In this document: piece after piece, positions 52,882 through 64,000 of the stretch
How the letters are laid out: each line of letters begins with the position of its first letter
Numbering within the stretch: position 1 is the first letter of the stretch
NCBI GenBank assembly: GCA_964016885.1
Contig: OZ024747.1
Location: forward strand, 50,158,001 to 50,222,000
DNA: 64,000 nucleotides
Direction of reading: 5' to 3'
From: Eledone cirrhosa
Lineage: Eukaryota
Notes under the pieces: generated by a model
Seen by the model: only the letters and a program-made list of their open reading frames with translations
What the model was told of the DNA's origin: nothing
Database searches by the model: none
Made by a program: the position numbers and the translations under genes

Positions 52882-55531
52882 TTTGGTTGATATCCTAAAC
52901 TTAGTGGTAGATGAATTGAACAATGATAGTGGGAAACCTATGAACCTAAGATTTGTAGACAGGAAAAAGTTAAAAGAAACAACAGCTAAGGTAAACAAAG
53001 TCATCCCATACCTTGAGGCGAGGAGCCTTCACCAGTGCAACAATATCCTCAAAGCAACAGCAAATACGGTGAGGAAACTACTTGGTATAAAAGCGAGAGG
53101 AAACAACAAACAAGAAAAATCAGAACCTTGGTGGAAGAAACGACTGAATGGTCAAATCAGGGAAATGAGAAATGACATTGGAAAGCTTGAGTCCCTACTG
53201 AATGGGACACTAAAAAGCATAGACACTAAAAATAGACTGGAAATAAAGTACAAAACTAGGAGGAAAAAGCTAAATATTATCATAGAGGAACTGAAGCAAC
53301 GCATTGTAGCAAAGAGTGCAAAAATTAGGCGATACGAGAGCAGAGTCAGTCAGTATAGACAGAACCGCATGTTTGACAACAACCAGAAGATGCTGTTTGG
53401 ACAGCTTGAAGGGAAAGAAAGAGGCAACGACTTGATCCCTGAGGCGGAACAAACTAAGACATTCTGAAGAGGAATATGGGAGCAGGATGTTAAACATAAT
53501 GACCAGGCAGTGTGGATTGAGACAGTACAAAAGGAGATTAGTGAACAGGCACACCAACAAACTGATTTGAGTATCACAGTTGAAACTCTTAAGGGGCAGG
53601 CCAAAAAACTAACTGGAAATCACCAGGCCCAGATGGGTATTAGATTAAAAATATAACATCCCTCCACCCGAAACTGACAACCATGTTCAATGACTGCTTG
53701 ATATCAGGTGAGGTACCAGAGTGGTTGACAAAAGGTACCACAGTTCTGGTAATGAAAGACCGAATCAAGGGTAATGATGTTACCAACTATAGACCTATCA
53801 CATGTCTGTCCGTAATGTGGAAACTGTTGACAAGCATTATGTCTGAGGAAATCTACCATCACCTCCACACAAACAACCTGTTACCGGACGAACAGAAAGG
53901 ATGCCGAAAGAAGTCCCGTGGTACAAAGGACCAGTTACTTATTGATAAGATGGTAATGAGGAATTGCAAGAGGAGACACACTGGTCTTGCCATGGGATGG
54001 ATAGACTACAAAAAGGCATTTGACATGGTGCCTAATTCTTGGATCACCAAAAGCCTAGAGATCTTCAAGGTGGCAGATAACATCAGACAGTTGTTGGGCA
54101 AAAGTATGAAGTCCTGGAAAACAGAGTTAACATCAGCTGGAGAATCCTTGGGAGGCGTGAAGATCAAGAGAGGTATCTTCCAGGGAGATAGTCTGTCCCC
54201 TCTGTTGTTTGTCCTTGCCCTGATGCCCCTGACCATTACACTGCGTAAACTGAGAACAGGATACAAGTTGGGGAAGGGAGAGCTTACCATCAATCACCTC
54301 CTCTACATGGACGATCTTAAGCTCTTCGGGAAGAGTGAGAAGGAGGTGGATGTACTTGTTGACACTGTCCGTATTTTCAGCAATGATATATGTATGCAAT
54401 TTGGTATTAGTAAGTGTGGAGTCCTTGTGATGAAGAGGGGTAAATTGAGCAGAAGCAACGGAATCCAGGTATCAACAGGTGAGATGATAAAGGAAATTGA
54501 CACTGAAGAAGGATACAAGTATTTGGGTGTTCTGGAGGTTGATGACATCAAGAACAAAAAATGAAGGAATTGATAAGATCTGAATACATTCGAACAGTAG
54601 GAATACCATAAGTGCAGTAAATTCCCGAGCTGTGTCTATTATTAGGTACAGTGCGGGAATTCTGAGATGGAATGTTGCTGAACAAAAAGAAATGGATAGG
54701 AAGACTAGGAAGCTATTGACTATCTACAACATGTTCCACAAGAGGAGTGATGTCGATAGATTCTACTTAAGGAGATCTGAAGGTGGAAGAGGTCTTATCA
54801 GCATAGAGGACTGTGTTCAGATGGAGAAAAACAACCTACACAAATACGTGATTGATAGTAAGGAGCCAATGCTCAGAATTGTACCGAAGGAGAGAACAAT
54901 AGACCAGGGGATATCCAAGGAGGAAATAACAACAAGGAGGAAGACCAACCTTCATGAAAAATCTCTTCATAGTACCTTCTTTGAGAAAACTGAATTCAGA
55001 GATCCACAGACATGGAACTGGTTGAAAAGAGGAGACCTTAAAAAGGCTACAGAAGGAATGCTAATGGCTGCGCAAGAGCAGGCCCTCAAAACGAAGTGGT
55101 TGAAACACCATATTTACAAGGAGGAGGCTAGCCCACTGTGCAGGATCTGTGGAGAGAGAGAGGAGACTGTGGCTCACATTGTATCCGAGTGTAAACACCT
55201 AGTCCAGACTCACTATAAGGGCTGGAGACATGATGTGATGGGCAGGGTGTTCCACTGGCACCTATGCAAAGTAAACAATTTACCACATTCTGAGAAGTGG
55301 TATGAGCATAAGCCAGAGTCGGTGATAGAAAACGATCAGGTGAAGGTGCTGTGGGATTTTAGCATACAGACGGACAAGAAACTGGAACACAATAGACCTG
55401 ACCTGGTGGTTTTGGTCAAGGAAAAAAGATCGTGCCTGATTGTGGATGTGGCCTACCCATTCGACACGAGAGTGCAAGAGAAGGAGAGGGAGAAAATTAA
55501 CCGATACCAGGACTTAAAGTGGGAGGTAAAA
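52882..55531 (+). mobile_element. R4/Dong-like RLE non-LTR retrotransposon, truncated at both ends
   Basis: PWWKKRL, NYRPITCL, EQKGC..GTKDQLLID, WIDYKKAFD, GIFQGDSLSP, LYMDDLK, GGRGL, CRIC..ETVAHIVSEC, RHD, HNRPDLV; preceded by (TAA)n. Confidence 0.93.
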
Positions 55532-55797
55532 AGGTCGTCGGACCTCTGCTGTGGTAATGACAGCAGAGGTCCGACGAACTTTCAGAGTCGCGGCAGATCG
55601 ATACAGATCGAACCTTGAGCTGATCAATAGCGAAACGCGCATCACTACTCAATAAACGTAATGAAGACATAAAAAAAAAGCGTCCTTTTATTATTATATC
55701 TTCTCTGCTTAGTTCTACACCTCTTTACAGACGGGAAACTACGCATCGAGTGAGAACTCGGGTGAACCTACACTCCTTGGCCTTTGCAATTTCATAC

Positions 55798-55866
55798 TCA
55801 ACCCTTTAGCCTTTACCGTGAAAGTATAATAGTATATATAGAGTAATGTAAATGCTAAAGGGTTAA
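55798..55866. mobile_element. Mini piggyBac-like MITE
   Basis: TIR ccctttagc/gctaaaggg flanked by tcaa/ttaa. Confidence 0.6.
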
Positions 55867-56024
55867 CAATGGGGTTGAACAATATTAAGCCCTGTTTGCA
55901 CAGCACCTTAAACAGGCCGCTGAAAAGATACATGCAAGACAACACAGAGACAAAGGAGAACAATGCTGTGTCTTTTGACTAGGACAACAAAGCAAGTATA
56001 TAAACAAAATAATTCTTTTTAAGA

Positions 56025-56167
56025 TTGGCACAAGGCAAGCAATTTGGGGTAGGGAAAGTCAGTTACACCACACCACCACCACCAGTACTTAAGTTGTCAC
56101 CCTCACACCACCACCAGTACTTAAGTTGTACTTTATTGACCCCAGTAATTAACTGATACTTTATTTC
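56025..56167 (-). mobile_element. SINE 3' fragment related to family A
   Basis: tggcacaaggc..cccagta..actttattt. Confidence 0.5.
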
Positions 56168-56852
56168 AGTTTTTACAAACACAGCACTGCCGTACCTCCG
56201 ATGGGGTCACTCAATGGCCAGGACCATTCAAGGTATGGTGGGACGGCAGAGAACGTCACAGTGTTGCTTGCTGCATAGGTCGGCAAAGGAGAGCCCTTCA
56301 ATATTCACATATATGACTGTCCACGCTGGTGTTAAGGAAGTCCCTCCTTGCTGACATCAACCTCTCTGTTTATCTCCAGGCATGGTGTTTTACTGTTCCG
56401 TAGCTTTGTGGCGTGTAGCTTTCAGCGTCGCTTTTGGCTGTTTTGTAGCTTATAACTGTTGCTTGTGATGGTGATAGGGTTAGCAGTATCTTATCGATCT
56501 TATCAATACACTCAGGGTCGCGGCATGGACGCTCCTATCTTGACCCCACTGAATCAATTTAAAAAAAATAATTTTATTATTTCTTTCTTTACTGAATCAA
56601 TAAAAAAATAAAAGAATAAAATTATAAAAACGCCAGTGTAAAATAATTATCATCCGGGAAATGACGACAAACCATCGCTGGTGACTTCCCCACAACATCC
56701 TTGTATCCCTGTCTCCGCAACAATATACAACTATATGTTTACGAAGAGTAGTAAGAACCTTGCCGAGAAGTACATAGAATCTACAGCGGATCAGAACCCA
56801 GTAACCCAATATCTTACCCGTGTGAGCATAGGAGCTAGTGTGTATATATATA

Positions 56853-56893
<41 letters not shown>

Positions 56894-57463
56894 TACATAT
56901 GTATGTATATATATATATATATATATATATAAATTAGATTAACCAGCTAATTAAAGGGTCCGTCTTTATGACTTATTTTAATTGCCACCTTTGATTAGTT
57001 AGTAACAAGACCAATCTTTCTCTACCATCTTCCACCATGCTCCATCCTCTACCCTCCATCTTTTATCCTCCTCTCTCCCACAACCGGTCTATTATTGTTG
57101 TGTTGTGGTGTTTTTGCTATTTTTATTCATACTTCGTTACTTCTGATGATCTAAAAACTGAAGAAACAGCAAAATAAACATCATTTTCCTTGGATGACAA
57201 GAAGTAAAAATATGAAGGCGATCATAGTTTCTTTGAATAAATTCTAGTTATTGAACGGCAAAGTTAATAGAATCAAAAGGAAATATTGAAAGGACAGTAA
57301 GAGTAAAGGTGAAAGACTTTAGGTTTGTTTCATGTCACCCTTATACATCTATTTAACTTCTATGTGCAAATAATAATATTCTATAATACTCAATAATACT
57401 CGATACCTTTTGAAACCTTTTCACACGCGGCGTTTGGTCATAGCAATAATATTCCTTGGATTT

Positions 57464-57575
57464 GATGAAGAAGAAGAAGAAGAAGAAGGAGGAGCAGGAG
57501 GAGGAGGAGGAGGAGGAGAAGAAGAAGGAGAAGAAGGAGAAGAAGAAGAAGCAGAAGAAGATGAAGAAGAAGAAA
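57464..57575. repeat. (GAA/GGA)n repeat
   Basis: Direct inspection. Confidence 0.9.
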
Positions 57576-57651
57576 ATTGTTTTAGTTTTTAGCCTTTCTT
57601 TTAATTAGTCATGTTGTTAATTAGAAGATAATTCATTCTGACTCAAGATTA

Positions 57652-57707
<56 letters not shown>

Positions 57708-57860
57708 GGTGTGTGTGTGTGTATGTGTGTGTGTGTGTGGTGTTTGTATGTATGTATATAAATATGTGTGTGTATATACATACATATATATATACATACA
57801 CATACATATATAGATATATATATACATATATAGATATATATACATATATATATGCATATA

Positions 57861-57909
<49 letters not shown>

Positions 57910-58083
57910 CATGTATATATATATATATATACATACATACATGCATATATATATATATATATAACGTGACTTCTCTATGTCTATCTATCCGCCATCTATA
58001 TACATATATATAGGAAAATGTCAGGACCCCGACGGCTGAGCTCCGGCCGTTTCGACATGTATTATATAAACACTCACACGTAA

Positions 58084-58153
<70 letters not shown>

Positions 58154-58933
58154 ACCCATACGTTAAACCGTTAAACACATACATACGTAATCTTTATCTC
58201 ATGATTAGAAATCTTTTAAAAAGTTCACTACATAAAGAAGGGAAATCGAGAGATCGGTTGGTGAATCGTCTGTTATATCCAACCAATAAAAACACCCTTC
58301 TTTCATAAACCATATAAAGAAAGACGTCCTTTATAAGATGTACACATTACACATTGACCTTTCTAATTATCCAAGCCTAGCTGCAATTGGTTTTATGTAA
58401 TTCAGAAGACGACGACGAAACCAAACCAATTAATAATTCTACCTTATATACCAACAACTCACAGACACTTAAAGATTCGTGCAGATTCATTTGATTGCAA
58501 ATGCTAGTTTAATCCGTATAGATAAGTGTCTTAATTAGTTATAATGGAGCTTATAATCTTATAAAAGGTGTTTCGGTGATCTAACGACTTTAGATGATAG
58601 TACTGTTTCTAGTGCAACTTCAATTATGTTTGCTGTATTACTTGTATGATTAGACTTTTCTCCTTCAGTGTAAAGAATCGGTGTGTAGATGTCTGTTAAA
58701 CCCTTCATTATTCATATTAAAGGAAGCTGTTGAGATAAAGGAACTACTAACACTGTTAATAGAATGGATTGTTAGAATATTGTCAACGGTGCTGAGTACT
58801 TTAGGAGAGAAACAGAAATGTGTTTCTACTTTCGATTCCTGCTTAAAACCAATTAAAATTAAAAAGAAAACTAATAACAGTATTAATCGACTATTTATCA
58901 ATCTATCTTTATATATTGATATATTGCAGAAGA

Positions 58934-59030
<97 letters not shown>

Positions 59031-59087
59031 TGTTCTCGGTATGGTGAACTAACTGTTGTGTAACCACTTCTATATATATATATATGT

Positions 59088-59164
<77 letters not shown>

Positions 59165-60702
59165 CAAAATAAGATGCTGAGGTTACATATATCGTTTAAT
59201 CATTATAATTATTACCACGGTTCTCCATGCAAGCGAGAAGTCCTTCATGCATTTGTTGTTGTTATGAGAACGGATCCTCAGATGATACCCGATATGTTTG
59301 ATATGCCGCCGGTAGGAAAAATCACGCATCCTATTGCTTGTGTGCCCAGCAGACATATGAGTTCCTTAAGGGTCTCCCAGCCATCGCGTTTCCTAAAGAA
59401 AATACTATCAACTAAAAAAAAAAACCTGTGTATCCTCAGTCCAGTAGACAGTGGAAGCAATAAAAGGCGCTCTGAGGGAGGGTGGGGTATATATTTTGTT
59501 GACACCTTAAGACAACAACTTCAACAACAGCAACAACGACAACAACAACAACAACAACAACGACAGCAACAACAAAAACACAGACCAGTGTCGTGTATAT
59601 AGGCCGTGGCAGTCGTAGCGACGGTGTCACTCAGCCGACAATAACAACGATAACAAATTCCACAGCAATAAACGGAGCTCTGAGGTAGGTTGATACACAG
59701 ATTGGATGGCATCTATCACCCAGACCATAGCAACAGCAACAATAGTAACGGTAACAAACATTAAAACCACCCATCACCTACCCCGGTCGTCGTAGTAGTG
59801 GTGGTATAATTGATATTAGTATCAAGTCAATGGCAGTGAGTACCCATTACCCGAGAGCCAGACAGCGGTAACACCAACAACAATAATAACAACAACAACA
59901 GTGATGAGCCCACCACGGTGACGGCGGCAACAAAATGGCCTCGCTTCCATCCACACACAAGGCCAGAAGTAAATACATTGCAGAAAAAAACAAAGTTGAA
60001 ACTAGGAAGCGAATATAGGGACAGGAATACAGATATATATATATATATAAATTCATGCACAGTTAATACAGCCCTCTCTATCACTCTAAGGCACAAGGCT
60101 AGCAATAATTACAGTGCAGAAAAACAACTAACCACAGTAGGGTTCAGTTGTAACTACAATGGCATCAATACTATCAAAAGGGCTGCTAGACTATGTAACT
60201 GTCATTTGCCTGATAAATGCCCATTACAAAATAGATGCCTGGAGTCAAATATAGTGTACCTATGTACTATAAATTCAGGCAACTTAGCATGGCACTACAT
60301 AGGTTCGACGGCGGGGGAGTTCAAGAAAAGGTGGTATGTCCACAGACACTCTATAAATAACAGGAAGTTTATGAACACAACGACGCTCGCCAATAAAATC
60401 TGGCAGCTCAAAGATACAAACCAGGAATACAGAATCAGCTGGATGAAGTTGTCACCGGCAATGGCCTATAGAATTGGCATATCCCACTGTGGACTTTGTA
60501 ATATGGAACTATTCCATATTTTAAAATACAACAAAATGTTACTTAACAGCAAAATTGAACGAACAATTTTCTGTAGGCATAAAACGGCGACCAAATTCGA
60601 TACTTTTAGACCAACTTAATTCATCCCATCTATTCCATAACTCAAATTGTACCACTTAGATCTATTATAATAACCTATAATTATTATTATTATTATTATT
60701 GT

Positions 60703-60891
60703 CCTCGGCGGGATTTGAACTCAGATCGTAAAGGGCCGTAACTCTTTGCAGCAAAGAGTTACGGCCCTTTACGATCTGAGTTCAAATCCCGCCGAGGTTA
60801 ACTTTGCCTTTCATCCATACGGGGTCGATAAAATAAAGTACCAGTAATGTACTGGGTAATTGCTGGCCTTGTGCCAAAAGTAGAAACAATT
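60703..60891 (+). mobile_element. SINE family A with 5' inverted duplication and TSD
   Basis: 47-bp perfect arms around a single A at 60750; attattattattgtc on both sides. Confidence 0.92.
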
Positions 60892-61561
60892 ATTATTATT
60901 ATTGTCATCAACTGCCAATGAACCAGCATCATAACCTTTTATATTTTATATTTTCTCTCTTTCATTTTCTATTTTTCTATTTCTCTCCCTAAATTTATTT
61001 CATCTCTTACATTATATCTTATCGTATTATTTTCACTTCTAATATAACTTACAATTAATTAATCAAATAATTAATTAATTATTTAATTAATTTATTAAAG
61101 TAACCAATACATACATGAATATATTTAACATTTTCATGTTTATACCTTCGTATCTCTATATTTTAACCACCAACACCACAACTACTCTCAATAATCATAC
61201 TGTTTACTTTTCTTCGGACATATAAACATTATTTATTTATTTATTTTCATATTTTCATATTTTGTGTTGTTTTTTTATCATCCTCGATGTAACTTGTTTA
61301 TTAGCATTTATTCATTTATTGTTGATATCATTATTTTTTCCTTTATTTTTATTTTTATTTTTCTTTATCTTTTATATTTTTTTCTTTATCCTTTTCTCTT
61401 CTCTTTTCTCTCTGTCTTTTTTCTCTATATCTTTTTCTTTTTTCCTTTTCTCCTTTTTCTTTTTTCTCTCTCTTTCTTTTTTCTTTTCTCTCTCTTTTTC
61501 TCTCTCTCTTTCTTTATTAATCATGTTGTAATTTGAATTTGTGAAAACTGAACACATTTTA

Positions 61562-61675
61562 ACAGTTTCTCTGATGATCTGGTTAAGCTAACATCGTATT
61601 TAAAATTGAGTGGCACTGCTTCAAGTGTTCAGCAATTTTTAGACAACTTAATCAGTGAAACAATTGTTAGACTGT
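61562..61675 (+). ncRNA. Type I hammerhead with long stem II
   Basis: tct-CTGATGA-tctggttaag..cttaatcagt-GAAA-caattg-TT-aga, then aataaa. Confidence 0.75.
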
Positions 61676-61890
61676 AAATAAAACCCTTTTTTGTACTGTT
61701 GACTATGTTATTCTTCACTCTTTCAATATTATTACTGCAAGATAAACTTACATAGGAATGCAAGAGAACTCATAAACTCGCCACCTACGAAACCTCTTGT
61801 TGAGTCAAACAACGCCGTACGCTAAAACTATCCACAATACGAAGTATTCACAACCTCTAACTGGATTACTTATAACGATATTTTGTTATC

Positions 61891-61979
<89 letters not shown>

Positions 61980-61984
<5 letters not shown>

Positions 61985-62562
61985 ACTAGAAATTGATTAA
62001 CATATATATAAACATGAATAATCACAGGGGATAATTTTTACAAGCATGTAACCACACATAGCTAAATAAAGTTGACTAGAACTTCAAAAATAGATACCTT
62101 ATAATATGATTAATGTTCCCTGTATATATTCCATTAAAGAAATATATTTCACCAATTAATCAGATGGTAAATCACGGAAGTGGATATTTTTGGATTTTCA
62201 ACAAGGAAGAAAAATTTCCAGCAATCCATGTTTACACTACGAGTTCAAATCTGCAACTGGCTATTACCACGTGTTGAATTTACACATCATAGCAGCTTCG
62301 TCTCAGTGGCGTGAATAGGGTTATCGACTACTAGAAACAGCAGCCGATTCCTTTCAACAGAGTTACACGCTTGTAAAAATTATCCCCTGTGATTATTCAT
62401 GTTTATATATATGTTAATCAATTTCTAGTTATTATAAAATGCTCGGACCTACTCGATAGAATCTTTGAGCTTATTTTTCCGGGTGATATGGCGCATGCCG
62501 TTCTGGCATGACACCCATAATTTTGATTTAGATTAAATTCATTTAATTTGTCTTAATTTTGG

Positions 62563-62563
<1 letters not shown>
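61980..62563. repeat. Repeat with 66-bp inverted arms and 323-bp spacer
   Basis: 61980-62045 vs 62369-62434; bounded by (TA)n. Confidence 0.88.
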
Positions 62564-62593
<30 letters not shown>

Positions 62594-62636
62594 TTAAAAA
62601 AGTGAGAATGGGCTTGTGTGGTTACCATTAAATATT

Positions 62637-62819
62637 GTGGATTGGCAGTGTCAGTAGAGGGCTGGACGCCAAGCTTTGCAGCAAAGTGTTACGGCCCTTT
62701 ATGATCTGAGTTCAAATCCCGCCGAGGTTAACTTTGCCTTTCATCCTTACGGGGTCGATAAAATAAAGAACCAGTAATACACTGGAATAATTGCTGGCCT
62801 TGTGCCAAAAGTAGAAACA
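62637..62819 (+). mobile_element. SINE family A, 10-bp TSD
   Basis: attaaatatt at 62627-62636 and 62820-62829. Confidence 0.92.
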
Positions 62820-63549
62820 ATTAAATATTATTTTTAAAATGTTCCACTCTTACTCACTTCCATTTTCCCTCGTTTCTTTCTTTCCACACCTGTTGTCACT
62901 ATAACCAGACGTTTCTCTCTTTCTCCTCCCTCTCTCTCCCGCTTCTTGTTAATACGGTTTCAGAACTTTTGTTCAGACACTAGTATTAACTCTATCTCTT
63001 TCCTTTTCCTTCAGTTACTACCACATTTTCATGTACTGCTGCCTTCGTCTTTTCCCCTTTCTCTATCTGTATGTCTATCTTTCTTTTTGTTTTTATTTTT
63101 TTGTCGGTCTCTTCGTTATCGTCCGTTGTGTTTCTTCCCGGATAACTACCGATTTTAGCACTGTGGTGAAATGTACTGACTTTAATGCGTTCGAAACATT
63201 AGCGATCTACATAAGACAGCCGATGAGCGGTGAATTGTCCTTTTGTTTGGGTGTGTGTGTATATATATTTCCTGAGTTCAGTCTTTTTCGTCGCTATGGT
63301 CGCTGCGACCCTTCTATCGGTCGCTGTCTTCATTTTGCAAAGCTGTCTAAACGTAATGTTATAACTCTAGGGTTATATAGCCTATCGAGTGCTTAGCTGC
63401 ACACCGAAACTGCATTCGTTAGCTTGGCTGCAACCATGGCTTCGTTGATGCTGTACTAAATTTTATATATATATATTATAAAGAGTCGGGAAACGTCGGA
63501 GAGCTCGGTGTTTGAAAAGCTAGTTCCGAGTCCTAAACTGCTTATATCC

Positions 63550-63660
<111 letters not shown>

Positions 63661-63798
63661 ATATGTTAGACACGCAGTGACTAACAACAGAATGTTTTAA
63701 GTCTGCGTGTCTGACATATATGCGTAGCTTGTGAATAAAACATTCAAGGGGTGTCGTTGGCCGTGGTGATGATCGCTGCCAAACATGTTTTGTAATGT

Positions 63799-63880
63799 AT
63801 CGTCTTATTGGCTAATTTAATCGTCTTATTGGCTAATCAACCAACGAGAGTAATTGTTGCTCAAAAGCATCCGCCATTTT
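63799..63880. promoter_or_regulatory. Possible promoter: two CCAAT boxes plus a YY1 motif
   Basis: atcgtcttattggctaat twice at 21-bp period; ccgccatttt at 63871. Confidence 0.3.
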
Positions 63881-64000
63881 GTTTGCACGTTTATTTATCG
63901 TTTCGCTTTCAAATCTTCCTCCTGTATTTCGTCGTTTATCATCAAAATATTTTTCTCGTTTTGGTAAGTTATATTGTTAATTTATATATGATTTTTTAAA

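Larger units (their letters stand above)
60049..61893 (+). mobile_element. Naiad-like PLE 3' part: open GIY-YIG domain, AT-rich 3' region, hammerhead
   Basis: CNC..CPLQNRCL..IVY..YIGST..FKKRW..H..TTLA..CGLC..E..LLN..CRHK, stop at 60619; ends at (TA)n. Confidence 0.85.

Noticed and set aside
59210-59445. Two functional hammerheads on the minus strand
   Set aside because: CTGAGGA cores are present, but one has GAAC for GAAA and the other lacks UH and good stems; counted only as decayed remnants.

Overview
Eukaryotic, AT-rich, microsatellite-saturated non-genic DNA. The SINE families and the (TA)n/(CA)n/(TATG)n load look cephalopod/Octopus-like, which is an inference from memory and not a database result. 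No intact host protein-coding gene is supported, and most ORF-track entries are microsatellite translations. The window is a stack of decayed mobile elements: a Helitron RepHel fragment with a GT-AG intron, two R4/Dong-type RLE LINEs, an RTE LINE plus bipartite non-autonomous RTE derivatives, several L1/Tx1-type LINE copies, Penelope-like (PLE) RT and GIY-YIG fragments, a hAT end, piggyBac-like MITEs and tRNA-derived SINEs with clear TSDs. Four things stand out. (i) At least a dozen type I hammerhead-ribozyme motifs from several unrelated families occur, some with very long stem II inserts. (ii) About ten fold-back inverted duplications sit flush against (TA)n tracts, many centred on those ribozymes. 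(iii) A Tx1-like LINE appears circularly permuted between 13-bp direct repeats. (iv) The Helitron fragment is bracketed by an inverted copy of its own 3' terminus. Coordinates were read by eye and may be off by a few bases.
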